Shown: piece by piece, positions 54,855-64,000 of the stretch
Layout: each line of letters starts with the position of its first letter
How positions within the stretch are numbered: position 1 is the first letter of the stretch
Source of the DNA: an uncultured delta proteobacterium
GTDB lineage: Bacteria > Myxococcota_A > Polyangia > Polyangiales > Polyangiaceae
Direction of reading: 5' to 3'
NCBI GenBank assembly: GCA_963696385.1
Contig: CAVOKF010000006.1
Span: forward strand, 192,001 to 256,000
Length of the DNA stretch: 64,000 bases
Position numbers and translations under genes: made by a program
The notes under the pieces: generated by a model
What the model saw: only the letters and a program-made list of their open reading frames with translations
Databases searched by the model: none
Told to the model about the DNA's origin: nothing

Positions 54855-56239
54855 CCGATCCCACCCACGCGGAGGGCGCGATCGTCGGGAGGGCGAAGCG
54901 GATCCTGGCGAAAAGAAAGCGGCGGATGCGTCTGCCGATGGCCGCGCTCGCGGTCCTTGGGGTCGTGGACGGGTGCGGCAGAAGCGCCCTGCTCGACGGC
55001 GACGCTCCGTACGACGTGGACGCCGGCGCCCCGCAGCAGGGCCTGAGCGCAACGGGCGCGACGATGAGCGGCCCCAGTGCCTCGGCTTCGAGCGGTGCGA
55101 GTGGCTCTGCGGGCGGTTCGTCGTCGAGCCACTCGGGCGCCAGCGCTTCGGCGTCGAGCGGTGCGAGTGGCTCCGCGGGCGCTTCGTCGTCGACGAGCAG
55201 CTCGGGCGCCAGCGCTTCCGCGTCGAGCTCAGCGAGTGTTTCCACGAGCAGTTCGTCCTCTTTGGCGAGCGGGCCGCCCAGTTGTCAGCCCGGTGGACCG
55301 GGCATGACCAACTGCGGCCCCGGCGGCCTGGGCAACGAGAGCTGCTGCACGAGCCTGGAGGTGACGCCCGGGTCGTACAACCGGACGTACACGAACCTCG
55401 GCAACGGTCCGACCGCCGAGGCCGACCCGGCGACGGTGAGCGGCTTTCGTTTGGACAAGTACCTCGTGACGGTCGGACGGTTCCGGCAATACGTGAACTA
55501 CCTGACGGGCGAGGCCGGTGCGCCCCCCGCCAACGGCAGCGGCATCCACACCTACCTGAACAGTAGCCAGGGGCTGTCGGACAGCCAGAGCCCAGGAACG
55601 TACGAAACGGGTTGGGACGCCGCGGACTGGAACATGGACATCGCCACCGGGCCGGGTGCGGCGAGCACGTGGGACGAGACCCTAGGGGGCTGCGGCAACG
55701 ACGGCATCACCAGCACGTGGACGAGCACGGCGGGTACTCAAGAGAGCCTGCCGATCGACTGCGTGTCCTGGGACCAGGCGTACGCGTTCTGCATTTGGGA
55801 CGGTGGCTTCTTGCCGAGCGAGGCGGAGTGGGGGTACACGGCGGCCGCGGGGAGCCAAGAGCGGGAGTACCCGTGGGGCTCGACGGATCCGGGGACGGCG
55901 AACCAGTATGCGATTACCAACTGCGATTACCCGAGCGGCTCCAGTGCGTGCGCGAGCCCAGCACAAGGCAACATCGCCCCCGTCGGAACGACGGCGCTCG
56001 GAGCGGGTTATTGGGGTCAGTTCGACCTCGCGGGGGAGGTCTGGGAATGGACGCTGGATTGGTTTGGGTCCTATGTCGATCCCTGCACCGATTGCGCTGC
56101 TCTGACGAACGTCGGCTTTCCTCGGGCCATCCGCGGAGGCGACTTTGCCCCGGGGACTGGTCTGCTGTTTCCCACCACCCGCAGCTACGCCTTCGGGAGC
56201 GACGGTGGCATTGGCTTCCGCTGCGCCCGGGCACCGTGA
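54851..56239 (+). CDS. FGE-sulfatase (SUMF1) lipoprotein, tandem paralogue
   Basis: Same motifs; GTGA overlap with the upstream paralogue. Confidence 0.9.
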   Translation: MTDPTHAEGAIVGRAKRILAKRKRRMRLPMAALAVLGVVDGCGRSALLDGDAPYDVDAGAPQQGLSATGATMSGPSASASSGASGSAGGSSSSHSGASASASSGASGSAGASSSTSSSGASASASSSASVSTSSSSSLASGPPSCQPGGPGMTNCGPGGLGNESCCTSLEVTPGSYNRTYTNLGNGPTAEADPATVSGFRLDKYLVTVGRFRQYVNYLTGEAGAPPANGSGIHTYLNSSQGLSDSQSPGTYETGWDAADWNMDIATGPGAASTWDETLGGCGNDGITSTWTSTAGTQESLPIDCVSWDQAYAFCIWDGGFLPSEAEWGYTAAAGSQEREYPWGSTDPGTANQYAITNCDYPSGSSACASPAQGNIAPVGTTALGAGYWGQFDLAGEVWEWTLDWFGSYVDPCTDCAALTNVGFPRAIRGGDFAPGTGLLFPTTRSYAFGSDGGIGFRCARAP

Positions 56240-56401
56240 GAACTGCGGTTCACGCCAGGGCCCACGCGTTCCAGATCGCGGGCGCATCGGTCGTCGATTT
56301 CAACAAGCAATTGCTTCATATACTGGAGCGTATGCCACGACCCTGAGGACGCAAGCCATGACGCGAGGGGGCGACGCCCCATTTCGCCACCGAACGCGAC
56401 T

Positions 56402-57829
56402 TCACGGCATGAGCTCAGGCAAGGGCCCTCCGGTCGCCATGCCGAACGTATCCTGCATGATGCCGTGGGCCTGCAGTATCGAGATGAACACGCGTCCGGT
56501 CTCGATGCTGCTTTGTGGCCCGACGAGGGGCCGCGGAAACGGCATTTGGGGAATGTAGTTGATGTGGCGACCGTCCACCCGCAACCTGCCGCTCGCGCCG
56601 CCGGCGATGAGGACCGGCATGTCCCAGTGGTTGCCCGCCTGGCCGTCTGCCACCTCGCTGCTCAGGTAAAACGTGGTGTGGTCCAAGATGGACTGCCCGT
56701 CGGCCTCGATCACGCTGTCCAGCCGCTGAAGCAACGCGGCCGCCTGGGCGATCTCGAACGTATCGATCGTCGTCAGCGCGGCCAAGTTGGCGGCGCTGCC
56801 TTCGGCCTGAGACAAAGCGTACTGGGAAGAGTCGGCGGCGCCGCCAAGAAGAAACTGGTAGTTGTTGTCGCTGGCCGCCGACCCGATCATGAATGTGATG
56901 GCGCGCGTGATATCGCATTCGAAGGCGAGCGCCATCAAGTCGACCAGGATCGGGAAATTGGACTCGATCGCCGGCGGCGCGACGCTCGCGGGGGGCGACA
57001 CGGGGGACATGCAGCTTGCCCCCGTTGCGCTTGCGGCGCTGCTGCTCGACGCCAGTCGTTGCAGCCGGGTCTCGAGACCACGTACGAGTGTCGTGTGGCG
57101 GTCCAATTTGAGACGATCCGACGGGCTCAGTTTCAAGGACAGCGACTGCGCTTCGGCGACCACGGCATCGAGAATGCTCGTCCGTTGAGCGAAACGTGCG
57201 CTCGCCGCAGCCGCGCTCCCTGGCGTCGGCTGGCCGGCCGTCGCAGACGACCCGAACAACTGCTGGAAGACTTGCTGCGGATCGTAGATGTTGGTCAGCG
57301 GGACGCCTTCCGACCAGGAGATCATCCGAGAGAAATTGCAGTTCTCGCCGCCGCAGAGGCCGTTATCGCCCTGGAGCCCGATCTGCAGGCCCGTCGGCAA
57401 GAGCGGCGAGGGACCGGCGTTGAGCACCGGCAATAGGGCCTGGTCCAGGCTGGTTCGCGTCGCATTCGCGCCGTCGATCGAAATCATGTTGAGAAAGCAA
57501 GCGCACCCTTCGACGTTTGGGGTAGTGGCAGGAGTCGGCACAGGCGAGGCGATGTCCTGGTGGTCGAGACCTGTCACGATCAGGATCTTGTCTCGGATGG
57601 GCGCGAGCGGCGCGAGAATCGGCGTCACCTCCCAGGTGGAGCCCGAGGTCGTGGGCGTCCAGTTCGGCATGACCATGCCGTCCGGAGCGAACCACGCCAT
57701 GAAGCGTCGCGGCGGCGCGCATGGGGCGGCGCCCGCCCGGCGCGACCACAGCGCGGACGGCAAAAAGGGCAACGCCAGCGTGACGCCGGCACCCCGCAAA
57801 AACGATCGACGCGAGGGTCTCATGGTCAT
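56402..57829 (-). CDS. DUF1552-domain protein with Tat signal
   Basis: SRRSFLRGAGVTLALPFL..TSLDQ..SILD..DRLKLD..LAFECDITR..PVLIAGG. Confidence 0.88.
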   Translation of the reverse strand: MTMRPSRRSFLRGAGVTLALPFLPSALWSRRAGAAPCAPPRRFMAWFAPDGMVMPNWTPTTSGSTWEVTPILAPLAPIRDKILIVTGLDHQDIASPVPTPATTPNVEGCACFLNMISIDGANATRTSLDQALLPVLNAGPSPLLPTGLQIGLQGDNGLCGGENCNFSRMISWSEGVPLTNIYDPQQVFQQLFGSSATAGQPTPGSAAAASARFAQRTSILDAVVAEAQSLSLKLSPSDRLKLDRHTTLVRGLETRLQRLASSSSAASATGASCMSPVSPPASVAPPAIESNFPILVDLMALAFECDITRAITFMIGSAASDNNYQFLLGGAADSSQYALSQAEGSAANLAALTTIDTFEIAQAAALLQRLDSVIEADGQSILDHTTFYLSSEVADGQAGNHWDMPVLIAGGASGRLRVDGRHINYIPQMPFPRPLVGPQSSIETGRVFISILQAHGIMQDTFGMATGGPLPELMP

Positions 57830-57897
57830 GCTCCGAGGGTGCCGGCCATCGCGGGCGGCTCGCGGATCGTCAGGGCGAAAAGCGATCGGCCGATCGT

Positions 57898-58830
57898 TCA
57901 TGGCGAAAAACCGAGCGCGTTCGCGCACGCGGGCAGGGTCGCGGCGGACGTTATGCTGCCGCCTTCCTCGGGCGCGGCCGCTGCATCCCCCCCCGCGTCG
58001 GGACAGGCCAGCATCGGAATGGCGCCAAGACACGCGTCGTAGCCGGGCCCGACCGAGGACGCGAGCAGGCATGGCAGTCCACCTTCCAGATCCGTGGTGA
58101 AGTCGTCCTCGCAGTCCTGAATCTGGCCGCACGTCGCGACCAGCCCCAGGCACTGGATGGTCTGCGAGCAAAGGGCGTCCACGAGCGCGTAGCACTTGGT
58201 TTGCGGATCGCTGAGCGGCGTGGAGGTGATGGGGGCCAAGCACGTTGGCGGCGGGGTCAAGCCGCCGTTCGGATAGAGCGCGTCGCAGACCGCCGATTCG
58301 CTGTCTCCGAGGCAGGCGGAAAAGCTCGACGCCGTGGCGGCGAGATCGCAGTCGAACTCCAGACTGAGCTGACCTTCGCAGTCGCTTGCCTGGATCCCGC
58401 TCACACATTGGGGCTCACGCGAACACAGCGTGGACGCCACCTGCTGGCACGTGGACGAGGCGGAAGCCGTCGGCCCGTCGTCTTCCCCCGCGTCGGCAGC
58501 GCCATCGACCTCACCCGCGTCGGCAGCGCCATCGACCTCACCCGCGTCGGTAGCGCCATCGACCTCACCCGCGTCGGCAGCGCCGTCGGCGACGGAGCCG
58601 TCGCCACCGGGACTCGACGAGTCTCGATCGCTGCCGGCTGCGTCGGGCGCGGTCGATCCGCTTCCGACGGAGGAACCGATTGCACCGGAGTCGGAAGCGC
58701 CGGACTTCGAAGGCATCGGATGCAAAGGGGGCGGATGCGTGGTGGAAGTCGAGCTCGTATCGGGCGATGGTCGTCCGCCGCACGAGCCACACAGCGTCGC
58801 GAGCCACACCGCGCGCGCGATCAGGCGCAC
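57898..58830 (-). CDS. Cys-rich lipoprotein
   Basis: CGSC lipobox, acidic linker, two Cys-rich helical repeats. Confidence 0.7.
   Translation of the reverse strand: MRLIARAVWLATLCGSCGGRPSPDTSSTSTTHPPPLHPMPSKSGASDSGAIGSSVGSGSTAPDAAGSDRDSSSPGGDGSVADGAADAGEVDGATDAGEVDGAADAGEVDGAADAGEDDGPTASASSTCQQVASTLCSREPQCVSGIQASDCEGQLSLEFDCDLAATASSFSACLGDSESAVCDALYPNGGLTPPPTCLAPITSTPLSDPQTKCYALVDALCSQTIQCLGLVATCGQIQDCEDDFTTDLEGGLPCLLASSVGPGYDACLGAIPMLACPDAGGDAAAAPEEGGSITSAATLPACANALGFSP
58490..58585 (-). repeat. 27-bp coding tandem repeat (DGAADAGEV)
   Basis: GCCATCGACCTCACCCGCGTCGG(C/T)AGC x3. Confidence 0.9.
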
Positions 58831-59181
58831 GGCCCATGCTCATCCGGCCGCACTTCATCCGGTCCCACTTGCGTGCCGTCGGTACGCGTTCGCATTCGCG
58901 CCTCCCTCCAGCAACAAGGGGGAAATCAGAGGCCGGCCTTGCCTTTGATAGGAATGGGGGCGAAAAAAGGCCAACCCGGCCGCGCCCTGGCTGCAGGGCG
59001 TTGCCGCCTGGTATCGCACAGTGAGGTCGCGGCGGGCGGCGCGTTCGCCGTGACGGTTTTGACGTTTTTCGTCATTCGATGCGCGCGAGCGCTCCGCCGC
59101 GGCGCGCCTGGCCCCAACGAAAACCGGACGGCTTCCACCGATAGGGGAATGCCCGTTTCCGGCCCGTTTCGAGAATGGCTT

Positions 59182-60045
59182 TCAGTTTTTTGGGATGGGG
59201 TTTGCCCGGCAGACGCCCAGCATGACGTAGTAGTGCGGACTGAGAAGCGACGATTGCCGGGTCGGCTCGTCGATGGGGCGTATCTGCGCGCGAAACGACT
59301 CGCCGAGCCCGAGCAGGTGGCTCACGATCATCGTCGGCGCCTTGTTGATCCGGTCCATGAGCGTAAACCAATGGTGGTTTCCGCGGCCATACTGAATCTT
59401 GGACGTCCAGTATCGCATGGGCAGGTCGCCGAGCGGCTTGAGCTGCAACGACAGTTCGCGTCGTTGCCCGAAAAGGTGCACTTGGGAGAAGTGCCGCGCC
59501 AACAGGCTCTGGAACTCCGCGCGCGTGAATTCGAGCTCGTGGTAGTCGCTGACGAAGGGACCGCCGACGTTGAGCGGGGTGGAGACGAGAAACGTGCCGC
59601 CCGGCTTGAGGGTCCTCCTGCATTCGCGGACGAATTGCTCCGGGTCCCTGAGGTGCTCGATGGTCTCGAACGAGATGACCACGTCGAACTCCGCATCGAA
59701 CGGCAAGGCGTAGGCGTCGCCACGGACCCAGCGAAGGCCGTCGGCGCCGTAGCGCTGGGCCGCATAGTCGAGCGCGGCCTGCTCCCGGTCGACGGCCACG
59801 ACCTCGCTGGCTCCCTGCTTACGGACGATGTGAGCGCCGTAGCCCGTTCCCGTGGCCACGTCGAGCACGCGCTTTCGCTGGCAGTACTTGGAGGCAAAGC
59901 GATAGCGCGCAAGGTGGTCTCTCATGAGCCACCCGTAGTGAACGTCCTCGACCACGCGTTCGCCCCCGAGGCCCGGCGACCAGGTCTCCAATTCGGCGGG
60001 TCGGAAGGCCTCGGATACGCCCGTCTCGACGATGGCGTTTTGCAT
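59182..60045 (-). CDS. class I SAM-dependent methyltransferase
   Basis: HLARYRFA..VLDVATGTGYG..FDVVISFETIEH..LKPGG. Confidence 0.92.
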   Translation of the reverse strand: MQNAIVETGVSEAFRPAELETWSPGLGGERVVEDVHYGWLMRDHLARYRFASKYCQRKRVLDVATGTGYGAHIVRKQGASEVVAVDREQAALDYAAQRYGADGLRWVRGDAYALPFDAEFDVVISFETIEHLRDPEQFVRECRRTLKPGGTFLVSTPLNVGGPFVSDYHELEFTRAEFQSLLARHFSQVHLFGQRRELSLQLKPLGDLPMRYWTSKIQYGRGNHHWFTLMDRINKAPTMIVSHLLGLGESFRAQIRPIDEPTRQSSLLSPHYYVMLGVCRANPIPKN

Positions 60046-60311
60046 GTCGGTCCTCTCTTTGCGGTGACGACGCGGCTCGGGTGAAAACTAATCTTCGTGG
60101 CGACGAAAAGGGGCTGACCCCGGCCCGTAGAATCGACAGGACCGTGATCGGCTCACGCCCCAGGCCGCGCGACCATCGCCCATCCTCCGAAGAAAGTCCA
60201 TTTCATGGCATTTCAAATGGGCAGAGTGGGGGGGGAAGAAGCCGTGGTGTGTAATCGAATGAAATTATCGAAATGTGGACCTCGGCCAACCGGGCTCTAT
60301 ACTCGCTTTGC

Positions 60312-61454
60312 GTGGACCTGACGCCGTCTCAAAAAGAGCGCGTGAATGCGACACTGAAATTCGCGGGGACGCGCCTCGCGCCGGGCGCTCGCGAGCGTGA
60401 GGCGCGGGGGGTCTTCGATCGCCGCCTTTGGGACGAGGCGGCGGACTTCGGCCTCGCCGGTCTACCCATTCCCGAACGGTGGGGCGGCAGCGGCCTCGAT
60501 GCGGTCGATACGATGTTGACCGTGGAGGCGCTCGGAAAGGCTTGCGACGACGGAGGGCTCGTTTTTTCCCTTTGTGCCCATATGTTTGCGTCGGCGGTCC
60601 CCCTCTGGCGATCCGGGTCGGCGCCGCACCTCGAGCGGTATCTGGCCGACCTGGCCGCGGGAAAGGTGATTTGTGCCAACGGGACGACCGAGCCCGAAGC
60701 CGGTTCGGACGTTTACGCGATGAAGACTTCCGCCAAACGGGTCGGCGACGACTACGTGCTGAACGGCACCAAGTGCTTCATCACCAACGCACCGGTGGCC
60801 GATCTCTTTCTCATTTACGCGACGACGAATCCCGCGAGGGGCGTGCTCGGGATTTCTGCATTCGTCATCCCGCGGGATACTCCCGGTCTTCGCGTCGCGC
60901 CGGAGGGGCCCAAGACCGGCCTACGAACGTCGCCCTGGGGCACGGTGTACCTCGACGAGTGCCGCGTGCCGGTGAGCTCGCGAGTCGGCCCGGAGGGATG
61001 CGGCGCGTCGCTCTTCGGCGAGTCGATGATCTGGGAACGGGCCTGTCTGTTCGCGTACTACGTCGGGGCGATGGAACGTTCGCTCGAACGGTGCCTCGAC
61101 CACGTTCGATCGCGGCGCCAATTCGGTCAGCGCATTGGCTCCTTTCAATCGGTGTCCAACCGAATCGTCGATATGAAGCTCAGGCTCGAGGTCGGGCGTC
61201 TGCTCCTGTATCGCGCCGGACAGCTGCACCGGACGGGCAGGCGATGCGACGAGGCCGTCGCGCTCAGCAAGCTCTGGATCTCGGAGGCGGCGCTTCAGTC
61301 CGGCCTCGACGCGGTGCACGTTTTCGGGGGATCCGGCGTCGTCACCGATACCGGCGTCGATGCGTTGATGCGAGACGCCGTGCCGGCGCGAATTTTTTCG
61401 GGGAGCTCGGAAATGCAAAAAGCCGTGATCGCGCGAATGATGGGGTTGTCCTGA
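60312..61454 (+). CDS. acyl-CoA dehydrogenase-family, probable L-prolyl-PCP dehydrogenase (PltE/RedW-like)
   Basis: TEPEAGSD, LNGTKCFITNAP, MIWERAC, RRQFGQ..FQSV, IFSGSSEMQK; adjacent to A domain and PCP. Confidence 0.85.
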   Translation: MDLTPSQKERVNATLKFAGTRLAPGAREREARGVFDRRLWDEAADFGLAGLPIPERWGGSGLDAVDTMLTVEALGKACDDGGLVFSLCAHMFASAVPLWRSGSAPHLERYLADLAAGKVICANGTTEPEAGSDVYAMKTSAKRVGDDYVLNGTKCFITNAPVADLFLIYATTNPARGVLGISAFVIPRDTPGLRVAPEGPKTGLRTSPWGTVYLDECRVPVSSRVGPEGCGASLFGESMIWERACLFAYYVGAMERSLERCLDHVRSRRQFGQRIGSFQSVSNRIVDMKLRLEVGRLLLYRAGQLHRTGRRCDEAVALSKLWISEAALQSGLDAVHVFGGSGVVTDTGVDALMRDAVPARIFSGSSEMQKAVIARMMGLS

Positions 61455-63046
61455 TGGGCCTCGAGCGGTGCGTGACCCCATGGGCCGAACGCGAGCCTAG
61501 CCGGATCGCCGTCGACGGACCCGACGAGGCGCTCACGTACCCGGAGCTCGACCGGCTCGCGAATCGCTTTGCGCGCGTGCTCCGAGCGATGGGCGTCGGC
61601 CCGGGCGACCGCGTAGGCATTCACGCGCACCGGTCGGCACGAACCGTCGCCGCGATGCTGGGCACACTGCGGGCGGGGGGAGTCTACGTACCGCTCGATC
61701 CCGGCTCTCCGCCGGCTCGACTGGGCCTCATCGTCCAGGACTGTGGCTTGGCCACCGTCGTGGTTTCGCCGCCGCTTTTTGGCCACTGGCACGCGGCGGG
61801 GGTCTCTGGATCGATTGAGCACTTCGTCCTGACGGGCCCGAGTGAGGCTCGCGCCGCCGACCTCGCGCCCATCCACGTCCATCCGTGGTCGGAGGTCGAG
61901 GCGGCCGCGGGCGCACCGATCGAGTCGCCGGGCCGATTGCCCGACGACTTGGCCTATGTGCTTTACACGTCGGGGTCGACCGGCATTCCCAAAGGCGTCA
62001 TGCTCTCGCACGGCAACGCCGCCGCCTTCGTCGATTGGGCTGCCGACGCAATCGGGCTTCGCGAGGGCGACCGCGTGGCCAGCGTCGCCCCCTTCCATTT
62101 CGATCTGTCGGTGTTCGACGTTTGGGCCACGCTGTCGCGCGGTGCAACGATGGTGGTGGTCGACGAGGCCACCGTCATGTCCGGCCGCCGCATGCTGGAC
62201 CGAATCCACGCGAAGAGCATCCAGGTTTGGTACTCGGTCCCGTCGGCGCTCATTCTGATGCTCGAGACGGGGGGGTTGGCCGAGCGCGGGGCACCGTCTC
62301 TACGGTCGATCTTCTTCGCCGGCGAAGTATTTCCGATGAAGCACCTGCGCAAGGTCATGGCGGCGCTGCCGCACGTCTGCTTTTTCAATCTGTTCGGGCC
62401 CACCGAGACGAACGTGTGTCTGGCCTACGAGGTGCCGGGCCCGCCGGCTCTGGACGCGGGGGCGATCCCCATCGGACGCGCGAGCTGCGGCAACGTCATC
62501 TCGATCGTCGACCCCGAAGGCAAGGAGGTCCCCGACGGCCACGTGGGGGAGCTGCTCGTGGACGGTCCCACCGTGATGGTCGGGTATTGGGACGGGGGTC
62601 GCCGCACGCCGGCGCGGCGCCCGTACCCCACCGGCGACATGGTGTCGCGGCGGCCGGACGGAGAGATCCTGTACCACGGTCGTCGGGATCACATGGTCAA
62701 GATCCACGGCTTTCGAGTCGAGCTCGGCGAGGTGGAGTCGGCGCTCTATGCCCATCCGGCGATCCACGAAGCCATCGCATTGGCCGTCGACCAACAGCTC
62801 GTGGCCGTCGCCGTGCCCTCCGACCCGGCGCTGTCCGTGCTCGAGGTCAAACGCCACTGTGCCGACCGCCTGCCGCGCTACATGATCCCGTCGGACGTCC
62901 GCCTCGTCGAAGGGTTGCCGCGGACATCCAACGGCAAGGTCGACCGCGTCCGCACCCGCGAGGCCATGCTGGCCGGAGACGGTTCGATCCTCAAGCCGCT
63001 GCGACGAGTCGAACCGCGAAAGGAGACCGAGTGGAAGCGCGCGTGA
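61454..63046 (+). CDS. stand-alone adenylation domain, probable L-proline:PCP ligase (PltF/RedM-like)
   Basis: YTSGSTGIPKG, FHFDLSVFD, WYSVP, FAGE, NLFGPTETNVC, TGD and NGKVDR motifs. Confidence 0.85.
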   Translation: MGLERCVTPWAEREPSRIAVDGPDEALTYPELDRLANRFARVLRAMGVGPGDRVGIHAHRSARTVAAMLGTLRAGGVYVPLDPGSPPARLGLIVQDCGLATVVVSPPLFGHWHAAGVSGSIEHFVLTGPSEARAADLAPIHVHPWSEVEAAAGAPIESPGRLPDDLAYVLYTSGSTGIPKGVMLSHGNAAAFVDWAADAIGLREGDRVASVAPFHFDLSVFDVWATLSRGATMVVVDEATVMSGRRMLDRIHAKSIQVWYSVPSALILMLETGGLAERGAPSLRSIFFAGEVFPMKHLRKVMAALPHVCFFNLFGPTETNVCLAYEVPGPPALDAGAIPIGRASCGNVISIVDPEGKEVPDGHVGELLVDGPTVMVGYWDGGRRTPARRPYPTGDMVSRRPDGEILYHGRRDHMVKIHGFRVELGEVESALYAHPAIHEAIALAVDQQLVAVAVPSDPALSVLEVKRHCADRLPRYMIPSDVRLVEGLPRTSNGKVDRVRTREAMLAGDGSILKPLRRVEPRKETEWKRA

Positions 63047-63306
63047 AGGCCGACGTCCTGCAGTTCATCGTCAGCTCCTGGCTGAGCGGCGACGAGCGAG
63101 GTTTCGACGAACAAACCGATCTGCAGCAAGCCGGCATTTTGGACTCCTTTTCGATGCTCTCTCTCGTCGCATTCTTGGAGGACACCTTTCGGATTCGCCT
63201 CGATCCGGCCGACGTGAACGCGGAGACGTTTCGGACCGTCGACTCGGTCGCTCGACTCGTCGTCCAGAGGCTCGGCACGAGCGGCGCCGGCGGCGCCATC
63301 GATTAG
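63031..63306 (+). CDS. peptidyl carrier protein (PltL/RedO-like)
   Basis: GILDSFSML phosphopantetheine motif; AAGGAG RBS. Confidence 0.85.
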   Translation: MEARVKADVLQFIVSSWLSGDERGFDEQTDLQQAGILDSFSMLSLVAFLEDTFRIRLDPADVNAETFRTVDSVARLVVQRLGTSGAGGAID

Positions 63307-63356
63307 CCATTCATTGCGGGATGCACGCTCGGTCGTGCGTGAGGAGCGAAAGCACC

Positions 63357-63629
63357 ATGGAAGAGACTCTCAGAACCATCATCGCAAAAATCGTGGAGAC
63401 CGCACCGGACTTCGATGGGGACGCGGATCTTCGAAATGATCTCGACCTGGATTCGCATCGTGCCGTCGAGTTGGTCTTCGAAATCGAGCGTGCGTTCGAT
63501 GTACGGGTGCCCGACGACGGCTTCGCGCAAATGCGCACGTTGAACAAGACGGTGCGTTTGGTCGAGCGACTGAAAGGCGCACCGGCCGCGCCGTCCGATT
63601 CGGGGACCGTGTGCAAAGACGCGTCGTGA
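63357..63629 (+). CDS. acyl carrier protein
   Basis: DLDLDSHRAVELVFEIERAFDVRVPD. Confidence 0.85.
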   Translation: MEETLRTIIAKIVETAPDFDGDADLRNDLDLDSHRAVELVFEIERAFDVRVPDDGFAQMRTLNKTVRLVERLKGAPAAPSDSGTVCKDAS

Positions 63630-64000
63630 TCACCGGCTGTGGGGTGGTGACGGCCGCGGGCAACGATCTGTCGTCGTTCTGGGGCGCGCTTTTGAGCGGC
63701 ACGTGCTTCATCGGACCCCTGAAGCACTTTTCGGCGCCCGGGATCGAGCCCATCCTGGGCGCAGAAGTCGAACTCGACGCACGCGACGGCCTTCCTGCCG
63801 AGGTCGACACAGACGTCCGCCGGAGCCGAGCCGGTCACCTGGCTTTGGCCGCCACCCGTCGCGCCCTCAACGACGCCGCGTTGCGGCCCAGCGCCGACGA
63901 TCTCGAGCGCACGGGGCTCGCCCTCGGCACGACGCTCGGCGAAGAGCGTCAGGTCGGAGACCTGAGCGAGCGATGGGTCGGAAGCGGACCGAGCAGCGTC
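63611..64000 (+). CDS. beta-ketoacyl-ACP synthase (FabF/type II KS), partial at window edge
   Basis: RRVVITGCGVVTAAGND..FWGALLSG..ALNDA..TGLALGT. Confidence 0.85.
   Translation, partial: MQRRVVITGCGVVTAAGNDLSSFWGALLSGTCFIGPLKHFSAPGIEPILGAEVELDARDGLPAEVDTDVRRSRAGHLALAATRRALNDAALRPSADDLERTGLALGTTLGEERQVGDLSERWVGSGPSSV

Noticed and set aside
53574..56400. Complete diversity-generating retroelement
   Set aside because: No reverse transcriptase, avd gene or template repeat differing only at adenines was found in the window
60428..61453. N-terminal extension of the A-domain ORF (872 aa)
   Set aside because: Overlaps the dehydrogenase out of frame; the true start is the ATG in TGATG at 61454

Overview
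GC-rich bacterial DNA, most likely Myxococcota/Polyangiaceae-like (inferred from many Ser-rich 'DAG'-type secreted lipoproteins, a MYXO-CTERM-like tail, a Ser/Thr kinase, DUF1552 and paralogous FGE-sulfatase proteins). After a few housekeeping-type genes (LigD-type polymerase, GtrA, RibD-C, hicBA), a 3' fragment of tRNA-Arg(UCU) at about 4.9 kb, with phased arm-like repeats, looks like the att boundary of an integrated island. Most of the rest is a decayed accessory mosaic: a lytic transglycosylase/WD40 lipoprotein pair, secreted lipoproteins, many IS remnants (IS5, IS21, IS630, IS66, IS1-like, ISL3), one intact IS3, and two identical 100-bp CTAG-bounded MITEs. A defence island at about 26.5-43.3 kb holds an interrupted REase, an RxxxxH HEPN protein, Mrr, a DUF5677-like protein, and DISARM-like drmD plus drmMI without drmABC, preceded by a relic tail of a second MTase. 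The right part has two Cip1-like secreted proteins, two tandem FGE-sulfatase genes plus an orphan fragment of a third, and the start of a pyrrolyl-2-carboxyl-PCP / type II KAS biosynthetic cluster that runs off the window. Many genes carry single-base frameshifts, which may be real decay or assembly indels. All family calls come from motif recognition by eye; no database searches were run.
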